A stretch of 64,000 nt of DNA from positions 4,032,001 to 4,096,000 of the forward strand of contig CM000154.2 in the NCBI GenBank assembly GCA_000004695.1. Direction: 5' to 3'. Source of the DNA: Dictyostelium discoideum. Lineage: Eukaryota. Position numbers and translations under genes: made by a program. The notes beneath the pieces are model-generated. The model saw only the letters and a program-made list of their open reading frames with translations. It was not told the origin of the DNA and searched no databases. Every line of letters begins with the position of its first letter. The first letter of the stretch is position 1. This document shows, one piece after another, positions 36,674 through 49,240 of this stretch.

Positions 36674-37691
36674 AAAACTATCATTAAAAGAAAAGATGAT
36701 GGTTAAATCAAAAAGTAATTCAAATATAATTTCATCAAATGATATAGTACAATCAAATGAAAATTTAATTGATAATGAAAGAGATGATCAATTAGAACAA
36801 GATATGGAAATGGAAGAAATTGGTAGTTTAGTATTTTCTTCAAATAATAATTCTTCTCAAGATTTTGGTGAAGCAATATTATCATCATCATCATCACAAA
36901 ATAATGAAATCAATAATAATGATAATGTAGTTTTATTAAAAGATGGTGCTGATTTTATAAAAAATAATAAAGAATCAATTACGATTGGTGGTGATTGTGA
37001 TGTTGAAGAAATTCCAATAGATTTGGATAATATTGAAGAGAAATTAACAAATGGACAAGTAATGATAAATATTATAAAGAATCCACAAGTGATGATATTT
37101 TTTTTTGTTATGGTAATTTGTGGTATGACATCAAATATTATTGGAAACTTTTTATTCCTTTTCCTTAAAGATCAAAAGAATGCTTCAAACTTTTTATTAG
37201 GTTCAACTTTACCATTCACAGTGGTAATGGAATTACCATTCTTTTTCTTTGGTAAACAATTATTAGAAAAAGTTGGTGTTACTAAAATGATTATAATTGG
37301 TCATTCAGCTTATATTATTAGATTATGTCTATATAATATCTTTGTAATTGATTCAATTTCACCATGGTTCGTCTTACCAATTGAAGTATTACATGGTATT
37401 TCTTTTGCTACACTTTGGGGTGCCGGTGTTGAACATTCATCAAAAATGGCACCAAAAGGTTATGAAGCTTTCTATCAAGGTATTTTCAGTGGTATCTATT
37501 GTGGTCTAGGTCCTGGTATTGGTTCAATTGTTGGTGGATTCCTTTATCAACATAAATCTGCTTTCTTTTTATTTAGATTCACTGCAATCATTACAATTAT
37601 TAGTCTTGTAGTATTTACATTATCTCAAATATTTTATTCAAAAAAACAACAATCTAATAAAAGTGGTATAATTAGTCAATCACATTTTTAA
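35949..37691 (+). CDS. Multi-pass membrane protein of the MFS_1-like/MFSD6-like family, 580 aa, with a poly-N insertion in its central loop. Single exon.
   Basis: ORF 35949..37691 has about 12 hydrophobic segments. The N-terminal half ends with LYGQQRLFGAVSYGLIAFFTG, the QQRlWGs.g.G signature of the MFSD6/MFS_1_like family. The C-terminal half has a second block of 6 transmembrane segments. Confidence 0.65.
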
Positions 37692-37790
37692 AATAAATGT
37701 GATTTAAATTAAAAAAAAAAATAATAAAAAAATAAAAAAAGAAATTCTTTTTTTTTCAATCACATTTAAAAATAATTAAAATAGAACAAA

Positions 37791-37841
<51 letters not shown>

Positions 37842-38122
37842 AAAAAAAAAAAAAGGAATTCTTTTTTTTTTTTTCAATATGCATTTAAAAATAAATTTAG
37901 GGGTTGGGCCAAAACATTCGTTTAATGTTTTTTTTTTTTTTATTTTTTTTTATTTTAATTTTATTTTATTTTTTTTTAATTTTTTTATTTTTTTTTTTTC
38001 ACAAATAAACGAAACACTCTTTTTTTTTTTTTTTTTTTCAAATTCTCCCAATCACAAAAAAAAAAAAAAATAAAAATTATCAATATCCAACAAAACCTAA
38101 AGGTTCAGAATAAAAGATAAAA

Positions 38123-39429
38123 ATGAGTGATTTAAAGAGTAGATTAAAAGAAACATCAAATTGTATGTTTTTTTTTTATTTTTTTTTTTTTATTTTCAAA
38201 ATAATAATAATAAAAAAGAAACTAATATATACTTTTTTTTTTATTTTTTTTATTTTTTATTTTCTTTTTCAAAAATAGGGATGAGTTCTATGTTTAATAT
38301 TATTAAAGATCCTACATCAGAGTCAGCATCATTTTCAAATAGAGTTAATTCAGTAGCACCACCACCAAGAAGATCTTCATCATCTTCAAGTATATCATTT
38401 TCAGAGTTAACAAATTCAAATGAAAATAAAACCACCACCACTACTACTACTACCACCACATCTACCACTGCAACAACTTCACAACCACCACAAAAGTCAC
38501 CAGTTGAACAAAATAAAGAAGAATTAAAGAAATTACTTCAACAACAATTGGCTGAAATGAAATTAAAGAGACAGGGTAAAAATAGTAATATTAATGATAG
38601 TAACAATAGTAATAATAATAATAATAATACAGATAAAAATAAAAATGATAATAAAAAAGAAATTATAAAAAATAAAAAAATAAAAGAAGAGGAGGAATCT
38701 GAAGGAGAAGAAGTAGAAGAAGAAGAAGAAGAAGAATCAGATATTTCAGATAGTGAGGATAATAATAGTAGTAATAATAATGGTAGTTTAAATGGTGATT
38801 ATGATGATTATGGTGACGAAATTTCAGAATCAGGATCAGAGATGGATTTAATTAATAATAAAAATTTAAATAAAGAGAAAAGAAAAAAACAAGAAGAGGA
38901 TTTACAATTTAGTACATTCGATTTTAGTAGTGGTAAAGCTATGCCAACTTATTTAATGAATAAAGGTCGTAAAACTAGTAAAAAAGAACTATTGGAGAAA
39001 GCTGAAGAGAAGGAAAGAATTTTAGCAAATTCAAAGAGAAACGGTACCAATAAAGAATTGGCCGATACAATTCGTTGGTCAACCGCTTTCGATAAAGTTC
39101 AAGGTATTAAAGTAAAAGATGATCCTGCACTCTTAAGAAAATCAATTAAAAAAGTTGAAAAAACAAAATTAAAAAGTGCTCGTGAATGGGTACAAAGAAA
39201 GAAAGAAAAAGATGAAAAATTAAAAGTTCGTATTGCTAAACGTGAAGCAAATATTAAAGCTAAAATTGAAGAGAAAAAAGAAAGAAGAATGGGTATTAAA
39301 AAGAAGAAAACTAATAATAATAATAATAAGAGTGGTGGTGGTGGTGGTAATTCTCATGCTAGCAGACAAAGAGCTGGTTTTGAAGGAAAGAAAAAGTTTC
39401 ATTTTAATCCCAAAAAATTAATTAATTAA
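38123..39429 (+). CDS. SURF6 (surfeit locus protein 6/Rrp14) homologue, a nucleolar K/E-rich protein. Two exons, approximately 38123..38162 and 38279..39429.
   Basis: Exon 1 is MSDLKSRLKETSN with a GTATGT donor at 38163. An ATAG acceptor ends at 38278. The phase-1 join runs ...TSN-W-MSSMFNIIKDP... into ORF 38161..39429. The C-terminal SURF6 domain carries RKKQEEDLQFSTFDF, IRWSTAFDKVQGIKVKDDPALLRKSIKKVEK and the typical terminal RAGFEGKKK. Confidence 0.75.
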
Positions 39430-39514
39430 CATACATAATTAAATGTAATTAATTTTTCATTTTTTTTTAAATTTATTTAATTATTTGGTTATTTTTTTTT
39501 TTTACATTGATGTA

Positions 39515-39554
<40 letters not shown>

Positions 39555-39584
39555 TTTAGAATTCTATTCCTTCTTTATAGATAT

Positions 39585-39973
39585 TTATTTTTGTTTATTA
39601 TTACTACTACTATCTTCACATTGGTAGAATAGCAAATAACTACAATCATTATTAAATTCATTTGAGGAACCAAAACAATCATATATATCTGATTCTTCCC
39701 TAATCTATATTTATTTATGATGATTAAAATGATTAGATAAATTATATATATTAAATAGGTTTGAAAAAATAAAATAAAAAAAAAGATACATACATCAATA
39801 TGATGATCATCAAAAACAAACCAAACTCCATGACATTTAATTAAACTATAATAATGACCATGATTTGGACCACTTCCAACATGAATTACAACGGCAAATA
39901 AATTGAATTTCTTATCTGGTTCATCAATATTTGAAGTCTATAAAATAATAATAATAATAATAATTAGTAATTC

Positions 39974-40012
<39 letters not shown>

Positions 40013-41054
40013 TAGTAAAGTAAAATAAAAAATCTTACAGTATTTTGGATAATAATTTCAAAAGGAAAAACCACTCTATAATTTAATTTTGTATATTGTT
40101 GAATATTTTCCATATATTTAAATCTCTTTAAATGAATTATTAATGTATTTGGTAATTTTTTAATTTTCATTCTTTTTTGAGCTTCTTGAAGTGAATTACA
40201 TTGATCACAAAAGAATTTATCATTCTTTGATAAAATTTCAATTGAACTGAAATTTGATAAACAATTTGTCAATGATTTATTTTGTTCAATATCAATTGAT
40301 AAATCTAAAAATGATTCATCCTTATTCGTAATTGATTCACATGTTAAACATTTTGTTTCATTTGTTAATGTACCTTCAAAAATTTCATGTACTAATGTTT
40401 TAACTATAAAAATATATATAAATATATAAAAAAAAAAAAAAAAAAAAAGTGTTATTATTATTATTATTTTTTTTTTTTTTTTTTTTTTTCTATAAAAATA
40501 ATAATAATAACTTGCATTCTTTTTTTTCAGAAGATTGTTGAGGTTGTTTATTTTTTTGTTGTTTTTGTAAAAATTCTGCAATTGAGTTTAATAAAAAGTT
40601 TAAGAATTCGTGAGCATCTTGATGCATAAAACTACTAAATAATTCATTCTCTTTTTTTAATCTTTCTACAAATGTCTCTGGTTTTAAACAACCATGAGTT
40701 TCCTTATTTTGATGAATCGTATAAAATAATTCTCCTAAATTTATTATTAAATTTCCTTCTTTCTCTTGATTTCTAGAATTATTGTATGAAGATGAAAAAG
40801 ATGATGATTGTCCATAACTATTATTATTATTATTATTATTATTGGTATTATTATTATTATTAACACTACTACCTGAAATTCCAAAAAAGTTAAACATATT
40901 TTTAAAGTATGATGTGCTACTACTACCACTACTACCACTACTACTATTGCTATTATTACTATCATTACTATTTTGATTATTATTATTATTATCACTATTA
41001 TTATTATTACTATTCATTGAATCATTATTTATATTATTGGTATCATTATTACTA

Positions 41055-41086
<32 letters not shown>

Positions 41087-41431
41087 TTCATTGCTATTAT
41101 TTATTACTACCGGCGGTAATCCTTTTAATTCACAATAATATTGCAGTATTTTATTCCTAAATGGGACACAAAAATATAATACCTGTAAAACTGAATTACA
41201 ATAACATGTATTTCCAAACTATAATTGTGATTTTAATTGAAAACTTTGTAAATATTATTGAATTGAATAGTTTATGAAAGTGGAGAAAAAAAAAAAAAAA
41301 ATAAAATGAAAAGATATTAATAATAAGATCTTACATACATTTTCAAGACCAAATAATTTTTGATTTTTTGGAAAATCTGGATACTTTTCATATAATTTCT
41401 CCAGATCAGATTTGGTTTGATTATTTCCCAT
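39585..41431 (-). CDS. Ubiquitin carboxyl-terminal hydrolase (C19 peptidase) of the USP12/USP46 type. About 5 exons, approximately 41431..41339, 41218..~40512, 40403..40039, 39947..39779 and 39699..39585. The exon 2/3 junction is unresolved.
   Basis: Exon 1 is [31 protein letters not shown]. Exon 2 carries [28 protein letters not shown] (the Cys box, near-identical to USP12/46), a poly-N/S insert and [43 protein letters not shown]. Exon 3 carries [23 protein letters not shown]...[35 protein letters not shown]...YRVVFPFEI. Exon 4 carries [35 protein letters not shown], the His box. Exon 5 is [10 protein letters not shown]...YLLFYQCED. Exon 2 cannot be joined to exon 3 in frame with a GT donor; a GCAAGT donor at 40515 is the only candidate. 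Confidence 0.8.
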
Positions 41432-41744
41432 TATTATTATTATTATTATTATTATTAATAAATATAATAATAACTAATTGTGATTTTTTTTTATTTTTCT
41501 TTGTTTAGTGGTGAAATTATATTAAAAAAATAAAAAAAAAAAAAATAAAAAAAATTAAAAAAAACTACTTTTTATTTTTTTTTAATTTTTATTTTTTTTT
41601 TTTTTTTTTTTATTTTTTATTTATATATTTAATTTTTTTTTTTTTTATAATCTCACAAACAAATATTGCAATAAAAAAAACAACTTATACAAAACTAATA
41701 TTTTTAAAAGAATAATAATTTTTTATATTTTTTTATTGTAAAAA

Positions 41745-41958
41745 ATGTATTCTGATTGGGAAAATAATAATAACAATAAGGATACAGACGATTGGGAAGT
41801 TTCAGACGATAGCGATGGCAGTGAAATAGAGGATAGTGACGAAGAAATAGATATTAAAAAAACAGAAGCTTCAATTGATTGGTTAACTGACCTCACTAGA
41901 ATATATATTGGTCAATATGAAAAAGGGGATGAAGCTAAAGAAAAGGTTAGTGCATTTA

Positions 41959-42005
<47 letters not shown>

Positions 42006-42803
42006 AAAATAAAAATTTTTTAATAAATATTAATAAATATTAATTTTATATTTATTTTAGGTTATTACTGATCAATTATCACATATAAATACGGAATTTA
42101 TAAATAATAAGAAAAAATATAAATACACAAAATTAATTAAAGGGTTATATAGAAATTCTCGTATTAAATTAAATAATGTAAGTTTACTTTATTTTTACAC
42201 ACATTAAAAATATTTATATATATATAATTATAATATTCTAAAATAAAAATAATTTCTTTGATATCAAAGATGGGAGTTCTTAAACATTTATATAAAATGT
42301 TTAAAAAAGAGAAAGATAAATATTGTAAATTTAGAACGAGTCTCAGAAATGTAGACCCAGAGTTTTTAATATCACGACCTCATTTAAATCAATTACCACC
42401 ATCGCCTCATAAAATAAAAAATGTAAATAATAAAAAAAACACAACAACAACAGCAGCAGCAGCAGAAACAACAAAGTCTATCTTTAAATTTCCACCTCCT
42501 TTACCATATATATTAAAAAGTAGAGATATTCAATATTTAAATGAAAGAAAAAGACAAATGGAATTTGAAGATAGTGATAGGGATAGGGATAGAGATAGTG
42601 ATAGTGATTATAAATATTCAAAGAAAAGAGACGATTTTGATAGAAACAGAAATAAAAAGATTAAGGAAGGAGGTGATATTTTCAATAAACGATCACCTAC
42701 TTTACAAGGTCTCCCCAATAAAGTACCATCACCCACTTTATCAAATCTCTCCACTAGAGTGCCATCACCCATTGATACTTTCAATAATAAAAATAAAAAT
42801 AAT

Positions 42804-42864
<61 letters not shown>

Positions 42865-43105
42865 GGATGCAATATGATATACCATCTGGTGCTGCCAGAA
42901 ATAGTGGTGGTGGAAGTAGTAGTAATTATAATGGTGGCAATAAAAGTGACAACAATAATAATAATAGTAGTAATATTAATAATAATAATAATAATATTGG
43001 TGCTACAGTTGATGAACCATCACAACAACGATCATCACAACAACGATCATCACAACAACGATCATCACAACAACGAGCATCACCACAACGAGCATCATCA
43101 CAACT

Positions 43106-43144
<39 letters not shown>

Positions 43145-44192
43145 GCCACAAACCCCAATTAAGGATGTCAATAATCCATATAATCAAGTACTAAAAGTTG
43201 ATACAGATCCAATTGATTATAGTGAACTTGAATCATTAAGCAATGCCAACAATGGAATTGTAAAGAGTGATGAAAAGATTGTAACAATGCCAGTTGGAAC
43301 ACCAATCCCATTATCAGTTTTGAAAAAAACTTTACCAACCAATGTCACTGAAACTGTTCCAACTACTCAACAAAATCAAACTCATAGTTTTTCTTTGGAT
43401 TCAAAATTATTAGATGCCTTAATTCCTTTTGAAAACCAACCACCACAACCACAACAACAACCACAACCACAACAACCACCACAACAACCACCACAACAAC
43501 CACTACAACAACCACTACAACAACCAACATCACCAACATTAACAATATCACCAACACAAACTACTTCAACATTACCAACAACAACAACAAATGATATAAA
43601 TAATGAATTAATTAAAAAATTATTAAAAATTTCTAAAAACCCTGCTATTATCGACAGTGTTAAACAATTGTATGATAATCAAAGGTTTAAAGAAGCTCAA
43701 TTACTTGAACAACATTCAGATTTATTAAAGAGTCAAGATGAGAGAAAGAAAAATAGATTTCAAAAGTATGTTAAAGAATTGGGTGAATGTGGAGTCAATC
43801 AAGAAGAGGTTAAAATGAGATTACATATTGAAGCAACCAATCTCATAAAACAAACTAATGAAGAATTAGAAGGCTTTAGTAAATATGTCTCTGATGAAAT
43901 GAATAAATATATAACAATTCAACAAATTATGCTCCAAAAAATAGGTGTCATTGGTTTCTTTAAAACAAATGATCCAGTCCAAATTCAACAACAATTAAAA
44001 ATATTGGATTCCTTATTTCCAAGTTATAAATTTTCTTCAAGTTGTAATTTAAATAATTTTAATATAAACAATAATAATTTTATAAATGAAAATAATAATA
44101 ATAATGATAATAGTAATAATGACCAAATTAATAATAATAATAATGATCAAATTAATAATAATAATAATCCTCCTTCCATTCAAACACAGTAA
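41745..44192 (+). CDS. Hypothetical acidic N-terminal, Q/P/N-rich low-complexity protein. Possibly three exons, approximately 41745..41948, 42061..42177 and 42270..44192, or two separate genes.
   Basis: ORF 41745..42023 ends at a GTTAGT donor at 41949. Exon 2 (VITDQLSHINTEFINNKKKYKYTKLIKGLYRNSRIKLNN) lies between a TTTATTTTAG acceptor and a GTAAGT donor at 42178. An ATCAAAG acceptor precedes the ATG at 42270 of the 644-aa ORF, in phase 0. The large ORF contains (SQQRS)n and (QQP)n peptide repeats and a C-terminal coiled-coil-like segment. I recognise no domain. Confidence 0.45.
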
Positions 44193-44580
44193 TTTTTAAG
44201 ATATTATAATTTTATACAATTTGTTTATATATATAAATATATTTTTTTTTTTTTTAAAATTTGTTGTAAAACTTGGGGAAAAATAAAAATAAAAATAGAT
44301 AACTTAAAACGTTGGGTCCAGATTTTTTCATTTTTTTTTTTATTATTTTTTTATTTTTTATTTTTTTTATTTTTTTAATTATTTTTTATTTATTTTTTTT
44401 TTTTTTTTTTCTCAACACCACCTGTGGTTTTTTTTTTTATTTTTTTATTTTTTATTTTTTAATTTTTGTTTATATATAATTATTTTTGTATAAAATAAAA
44501 AAAAAAGTAAAGATAATAAAAAAAAAAAAAAAAAACTAATTCACATATACATAATATATATTGTATAGGAGTAATACAGT

Positions 44581-44820
44581 ATGGGTATCAATTTTAGTTG
44601 TCTACCCGATTATAGTGGACAAACTGGTGATCAAGACAATTCTAAACCAAATAAACCTATAGCGTTTATAGATGCAACTGAACAAGTTTCTAAACCAAAG
44701 GTTTCAACATTAGATAAATTTGATTTTGATGATGAAAAAGATATAAACCCAAAATCAATTTCACAAACTAAAACAGATAATAATAATAAAAATAATAATA
44801 ATAATAAAGTAACAACTACA

Positions 44821-44863
<43 letters not shown>

Positions 44864-45328
44864 TATCAACACCAAGTAAATCAGTAGTACAAACAAAGAA
44901 TCAAAATTCAAATGAAGATAATGAAGATCATGATGATATAGAAAACGAAAATGAAAATAAAGTAACAGTTGACCTTAGTAATGTTCCATTAAGTGCACCA
45001 GCAAAATCAGCAATGACATTAGGAGGTTTAAAAAAACAATTACCTTTAAAACCAACATTAACAGAAGAACAAATTAAAGAATTACAATTAAAAAATAAAA
45101 CTTTAATTGAAAAACAAAGCCAACAACCATCACAACAACAACCACATCAACCACAACAACAATATATATCACCAGAGAAACAAGCATCAATTGAAACACC
45201 AAATAAAATTAAATTTTCAAATAATGAAGACACATTCAATAATACAAGTTACACTCAACCAGAAGGTGATTGGGATAACGATGATGATATAACATTTGAT
45301 GATGATAATATAATTGATAATTTAGATC

Positions 45329-45367
<39 letters not shown>

Positions 45368-45480
45368 TAGAAGAAAAAGAAGAAAAAGAAGAAAAAGAAG
45401 TAGTAAGAGAAGTTTTTATACCAACACCTAAAAAATCAACAATCATTTGGAATGATGATGATGATGGTTTTGGTGAATAA
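44581..45480 (+). CDS. Hypothetical N/Q/E-rich protein of 299 aa with an N-terminal MGINFSC motif, a possible N-myristoylation and palmitoylation site.
   Basis: This is a single ORF with an ATG start. It has Gly2 with Ser6 (MGxxxS consensus) followed by Cys7. The rest is low complexity (poly-N, poly-Q, EEKEEKEEKE). Confidence 0.45.
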
Positions 45481-45604
45481 ATAATTAAATTTTGTACAAA
45501 AATAAAAATAAATAAAAAGAATATTAATAAAATAAAAAAAAAGAAATCATATTATAATATTATTTATTTTAAATCTAAAAAAAATATATATATTTTTTTT
45601 ATTT

Positions 45605-47046
45605 TTAAAATGTTCCTTCTTTTTCTTGTACAATTTCTTTTTGAAGATTTTCTGCCACTTCTTCTCTTGCTTCAATGATATCATCATCATCCATATCAAG
45701 AGATTTTGGAGTATCACTATTATAGACTTGATTATTATAATAATAATATTTAAAATTTGGATGTCTTTTACTAAAACTTTTTATAATTTCTGAAAAATTT
45801 TGTTTTATTGGAACTCTACAATATAAATTTTCAGTTTTTGATTCAATAATAATATCAATAGTTTTATTTGACCCTAAAGCAGTTATTGAATTTGATCTTA
45901 AAATTGGTCTACTAATTAATGGAGATGAACAAGGTGTTGATGAAGCTGATGATGACACTGATGAAGAACCACATGAAGATGAGGATGAGAATGAACCAAA
46001 ACAAGTACTAAAAATATTTATTGGTGGTGATGTTATTGGTGGTGAAATATTTGATTCTTCTTCCAATTCTTCTTCTTCTTCTTCTTTTGAACTTGAATCT
46101 GAACTTGAATCTGAGCTTGAGTCTGAATCCGAACTTGAATCTGCATCTGAGTATGAAGGTGAAAGATAATTTAATGGCCAAATTGATTCATTATTTTTTT
46201 TATTTAAATGAATGATTGATGATTCTGGAAAATAGTTTGAATAGAGTTTTAAAGTGTGTTCATATTTTTCTCTTAGGTATGAATGGTGTTTGACTTTTTC
46301 TTTATAAATTTGTTTAGGTAATTTAAAATGAATTTCTTTACCAATGATTTTTAAAAACTCTTTATATTGTACAGAATTATTTACCATTTTCTTCCAATAT
46401 GATTCAATTGATGGTGGAGGTAATAGTTTAATTTTATTGTGGTCGTCATCATGATAACCTAAATCATTCTCTATAACTTTAATAACCATAAATTTAATAA
46501 ATTCATCTGTTTCTTTTATTGATAATGATGGATATAAAATTGTACTTATTTTAAATTGTTTCTTTACTTTTTTATATAATTTTAAACATTTTTCTTTATT
46601 ATTATTATTATTAATAGATGAATAAATTTCAAGTTCACATTTTAATATTTTAATTGTTTCTAGTAATTTTGAATTTCATTTTTTAATTCATTTATTGTCT
46701 CTTGAGATTTACTTGAATTTTCTTTTTCATATTTCATTCTTTTATTTTTAAATTTTAAAATTAATCTATCTAATGATTTTTCAAAATTATCTTCAATATT
46801 TTTATCATCTTTTTCATCATCACTATCCTCATCACTATCTTCATCATCGCTCAATGGTCTTTTATTACTATTATTAATATTTTTATTTTTTAAATCTTGT
46901 TCTAGTAATTCTCTTAACTTATTTCTTAAAATTGATTTTTTTAAATAGGGGCTGATGGTTGGATCTCTTTTTCTAATTTCTGAAAATATTTCATCTAATG
47001 TTAAACTACTTAAGGCTTTACCATTTATTGAGAATCTAAAAACCAT
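45605..47046 (-). CDS. Hypothetical protein of about 460 aa with a Ser/Asp-rich acidic linker and a possible C-terminal PB1-like ubiquitin-fold segment. Two exons, approximately 47046..46713 and 46649..45605.
   Basis: ORF 46660..47046 (minus) reads MVFRFSINGKALSSLTLDEIFSEIRKRD.... A GTAAAT donor at 46712 and a TAG acceptor at 46650 form a 63-nt intron. The phase-1 join gives ...KENSS-K-TIKILKCELEIY..., continuing in frame into ORF 45605..46489. The C-terminus reads KTIDIIIESKTENLYCRVPIKQNFSEIIKSFSK...YYYYNNQVYNSDTPKSLDMDDDDIIEA, which resembles a PB1 fold (K ... D-x-D/E cluster). That assignment is weak. Confidence 0.45.
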
Positions 47047-47634
47047 TTTAATTGATATTTTTATTTGTTTTTTTTTTTTTTTTTAACACTAGTATTGTTA
47101 CTATAACAAAAAGTATTTGAAAATAAAATAAAAAAAAAAAAAAAAAAAAACAAACTTTTATTTTTAAAAAAAAAAAAAAAAAAAAAAAATATCCAATAAT
47201 TTTCAATTAATTTGGAAGTTTCCATTTTATTTTCAAATAAAAAAAATTTTTTTTTTTAAATGTAAACTATTTTTAGAATCAATTAAACATAGATTTTTTC
47301 CTTTTATTGTCTGTTTATCTCATAATTTAATTTTAATTATCTCTATTTCAAAATAATAAAAATAATTGAGATATATTTTTTTATTTTTTTCAATTTTTAT
47401 TTGAAAATTGAAATCTGAAAATAAATTAAAATAAATAGTTTTTAATAGTTATAAATAGATTGTGAAAATTAATTATTAGTGGAGAATATTTTAATTTATT
47501 GATAAAATTGCTTTTTTATAACAAATTGATTAATTTTGTGTTTTTTTTTTTTTTTTTTTTTTTTATAAAAAAATATCTTTTTTTAAAATATCTTTTTTTA
47601 ATTTTTTTATTTTTATTTTTTTATTTTTTTATTT

Positions 47635-47665
<31 letters not shown>

Positions 47666-47740
47666 GAAAATCAAAAATAATCAAAAATAATCAAAAAAAA
47701 TTTTTTTTATAAAACATTATCAATTAGAAAAAAAAAAAAA

Positions 47741-48955
47741 ATGAAAAAGGTTACCAATGAAGAGATTAAAACAATTGAATCAGCAGTAAATACAATTGGT
47801 GGAGGTGAATTATATTCATTTTTTAAAATTTCAAATTATTCAAATGAAGCAGAAATAACAAAAGCATATAATGAATTCAAAAAAATAAATAATAATGATA
47901 CAACAGCAATGGATAGTTGTTATAAAGTTTTATCAGATTCAAGATTAAGATCAATTTACGATTCAATTTATTTCAAAGATTTAATAAAACAAAATAATAA
48001 TATTCAACAACAATCAAAACAACAACATCAACAACATCAATCAGGAAATCAAATTGATGAAAATAATAAATTATTATTATTAAAAACATTATCAATTCCA
48101 TTATATACCTTATCAACAATTTTAAATGCAAATTCTGGAATTATTAATAATAATAATAATCAAATTAATTTATTAAATGGTGGAATAATTAATTATTTAA
48201 TTAAATCTCATAAAGAATTAATTCAATTAATTTTTGAAAAAAGTGGAATAATTGGATTTTATAGAGGAAGTATTTTCAAGGTAATTTCATATCCATTCCA
48301 AAAATTATTTGTTAATATTCCATCATCAATTTTATTGAATCAATGTTTTTATAAAAATAGTTTTATTAAACCATTAATTTATAAAACAATTTCAGAATTT
48401 CCATCAACTTTATTATCAGATTATATGATTTTATCATTTTCGACACCACTAATTAATCAAATTAAAAATTTATTTGGAAATAACAGCAGTGGTGGTGTTG
48501 TTGTTATTGACTCAATTTCAATAAAGAATTTATTTTATTCAATTGGATCATCAATTATTTTATTATCAACAAGAAGATTAATTTTAAATTTAATTAAAAA
48601 AGTTGAAATTAAAATAATTCAAAGTAAAATTGAAAATCCAAATTCTAAATTAATAAAATATAGTCAAATAATTTATTGTAATCCAGTAATTCAATGTTTG
48701 TTAACAACTTTATTAATTAATCCATTAGAAGTTTTGCGTTTACAATCAATGGTATCATATTTAAATAATTCTTCAAATAATTTAAAAATTTTATCACCAA
48801 TTCAAATGGTTATTGATTTAATTAAAAATCAAAATTCAAATTTATTTGGTTATTTATTTAATGGTGCTCCAACTTTATACCTTTATTTATTAATTTTAAA
48901 TTTAAAAAAATTAAATAATAATAATAATAATGATAATATTCATTCATTAATATAA
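47741..48955 (+). CDS. Hypothetical protein of 404 aa with a degenerate N-terminal J-like domain (no HPD tripeptide) and a hydrophobic C-terminal half.
   Basis: ORF 47741..48955 carries ELYSFFKISNYSNEAEITKAYNEFKKINNNDTTAMDSCYKVLSDSRLRSIYDSIYF. This follows the DnaJ helix II-III pattern (Y..L.v...A...eIkkAY......N......F..i..AY.vLsD...R..YD), but HPD is replaced by NNND. The downstream half has several hydrophobic stretches. Confidence 0.45.
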   Translation: MKKVTNEEIKTIESAVNTIGGGELYSFFKISNYSNEAEITKAYNEFKKINNNDTTAMDSCYKVLSDSRLRSIYDSIYFKDLIKQNNNIQQQSKQQHQQHQSGNQIDENNKLLLLKTLSIPLYTLSTILNANSGIINNNNNQINLLNGGIINYLIKSHKELIQLIFEKSGIIGFYRGSIFKVISYPFQKLFVNIPSSILLNQCFYKNSFIKPLIYKTISEFPSTLLSDYMILSFSTPLINQIKNLFGNNSSGGVVVIDSISIKNLFYSIGSSIILLSTRRLILNLIKKVEIKIIQSKIENPNSKLIKYSQIIYCNPVIQCLLTTLLINPLEVLRLQSMVSYLNNSSNNLKILSPIQMVIDLIKNQNSNLFGYLFNGAPTLYLYLLILNLKKLNNNNNNDNIHSLI

Positions 48956-49087
48956 AAAATTAAAATAATTCGCTATCAAAAAAAAAAAAAAAAGAATAAT
49001 AATTAAATAAATCACTTTAACAAAATAATAATAATAAAAATAATAATTAAATAAATGAATAGTTTTATTGCATCACTTTAATAAAAA

Positions 49088-49240
49088 CTGTGTGCTTGGG
49101 TGTGGTATTTTGGGGGTGTGTGTTTTTTTTTTATTTTTTGCTTGTGTTTTTTTTTTTTCACACCCAAAACTAGGAACATACACATCTGAGGATACCACAC
49201 TAACACACATCCTCACTCAGTGTGTGGGTTTTATTTTTTT
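49088..49240. promoter_or_regulatory. Island of CA/GT-rich elements in a relatively GC-rich stretch: G-box/CAE-like motifs GGGTGTGG, TTGGGGGTGTGTG, CACACCCAAAAC and GTGTGTGGGTTTT. It lies in the intergenic region between the J-like gene and the C2H2 zinc-finger gene.
   Basis: In a ~77 % AT genome this 150-bp stretch is conspicuously G/C-containing. It holds inverted copies of (G)GGTGTG half-sites of the kind bound by the Dictyostelium G-box binding factor (GBF) in post-aggregative promoters. The assignment is by motif resemblance only. Confidence 0.3.

Noticed and set aside
41161-41190. A 26-nt GT...AG segment (gtattatatttttgtgtcccatttag) inside USP exon 2, considered as an intron.
   Set aside because: It is too short for a spliceosomal intron. 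Reading through gives VLYFCVPFR, which matches USP12/46 (ALYFCRPFR) exactly, so it is coding.
42541-43557. ORFs 42541..43194 (+), 42926..43171 (-) and 43363..43557 (-) inside the 42270..44192 gene.
   Set aside because: They are alternative-frame or antisense readings of the (CAA)n/(AAT)n coding repeats. The frame giving SQQRS/QQP repeats, continuous with the N- and C-terminal unique sequence, is the real one.
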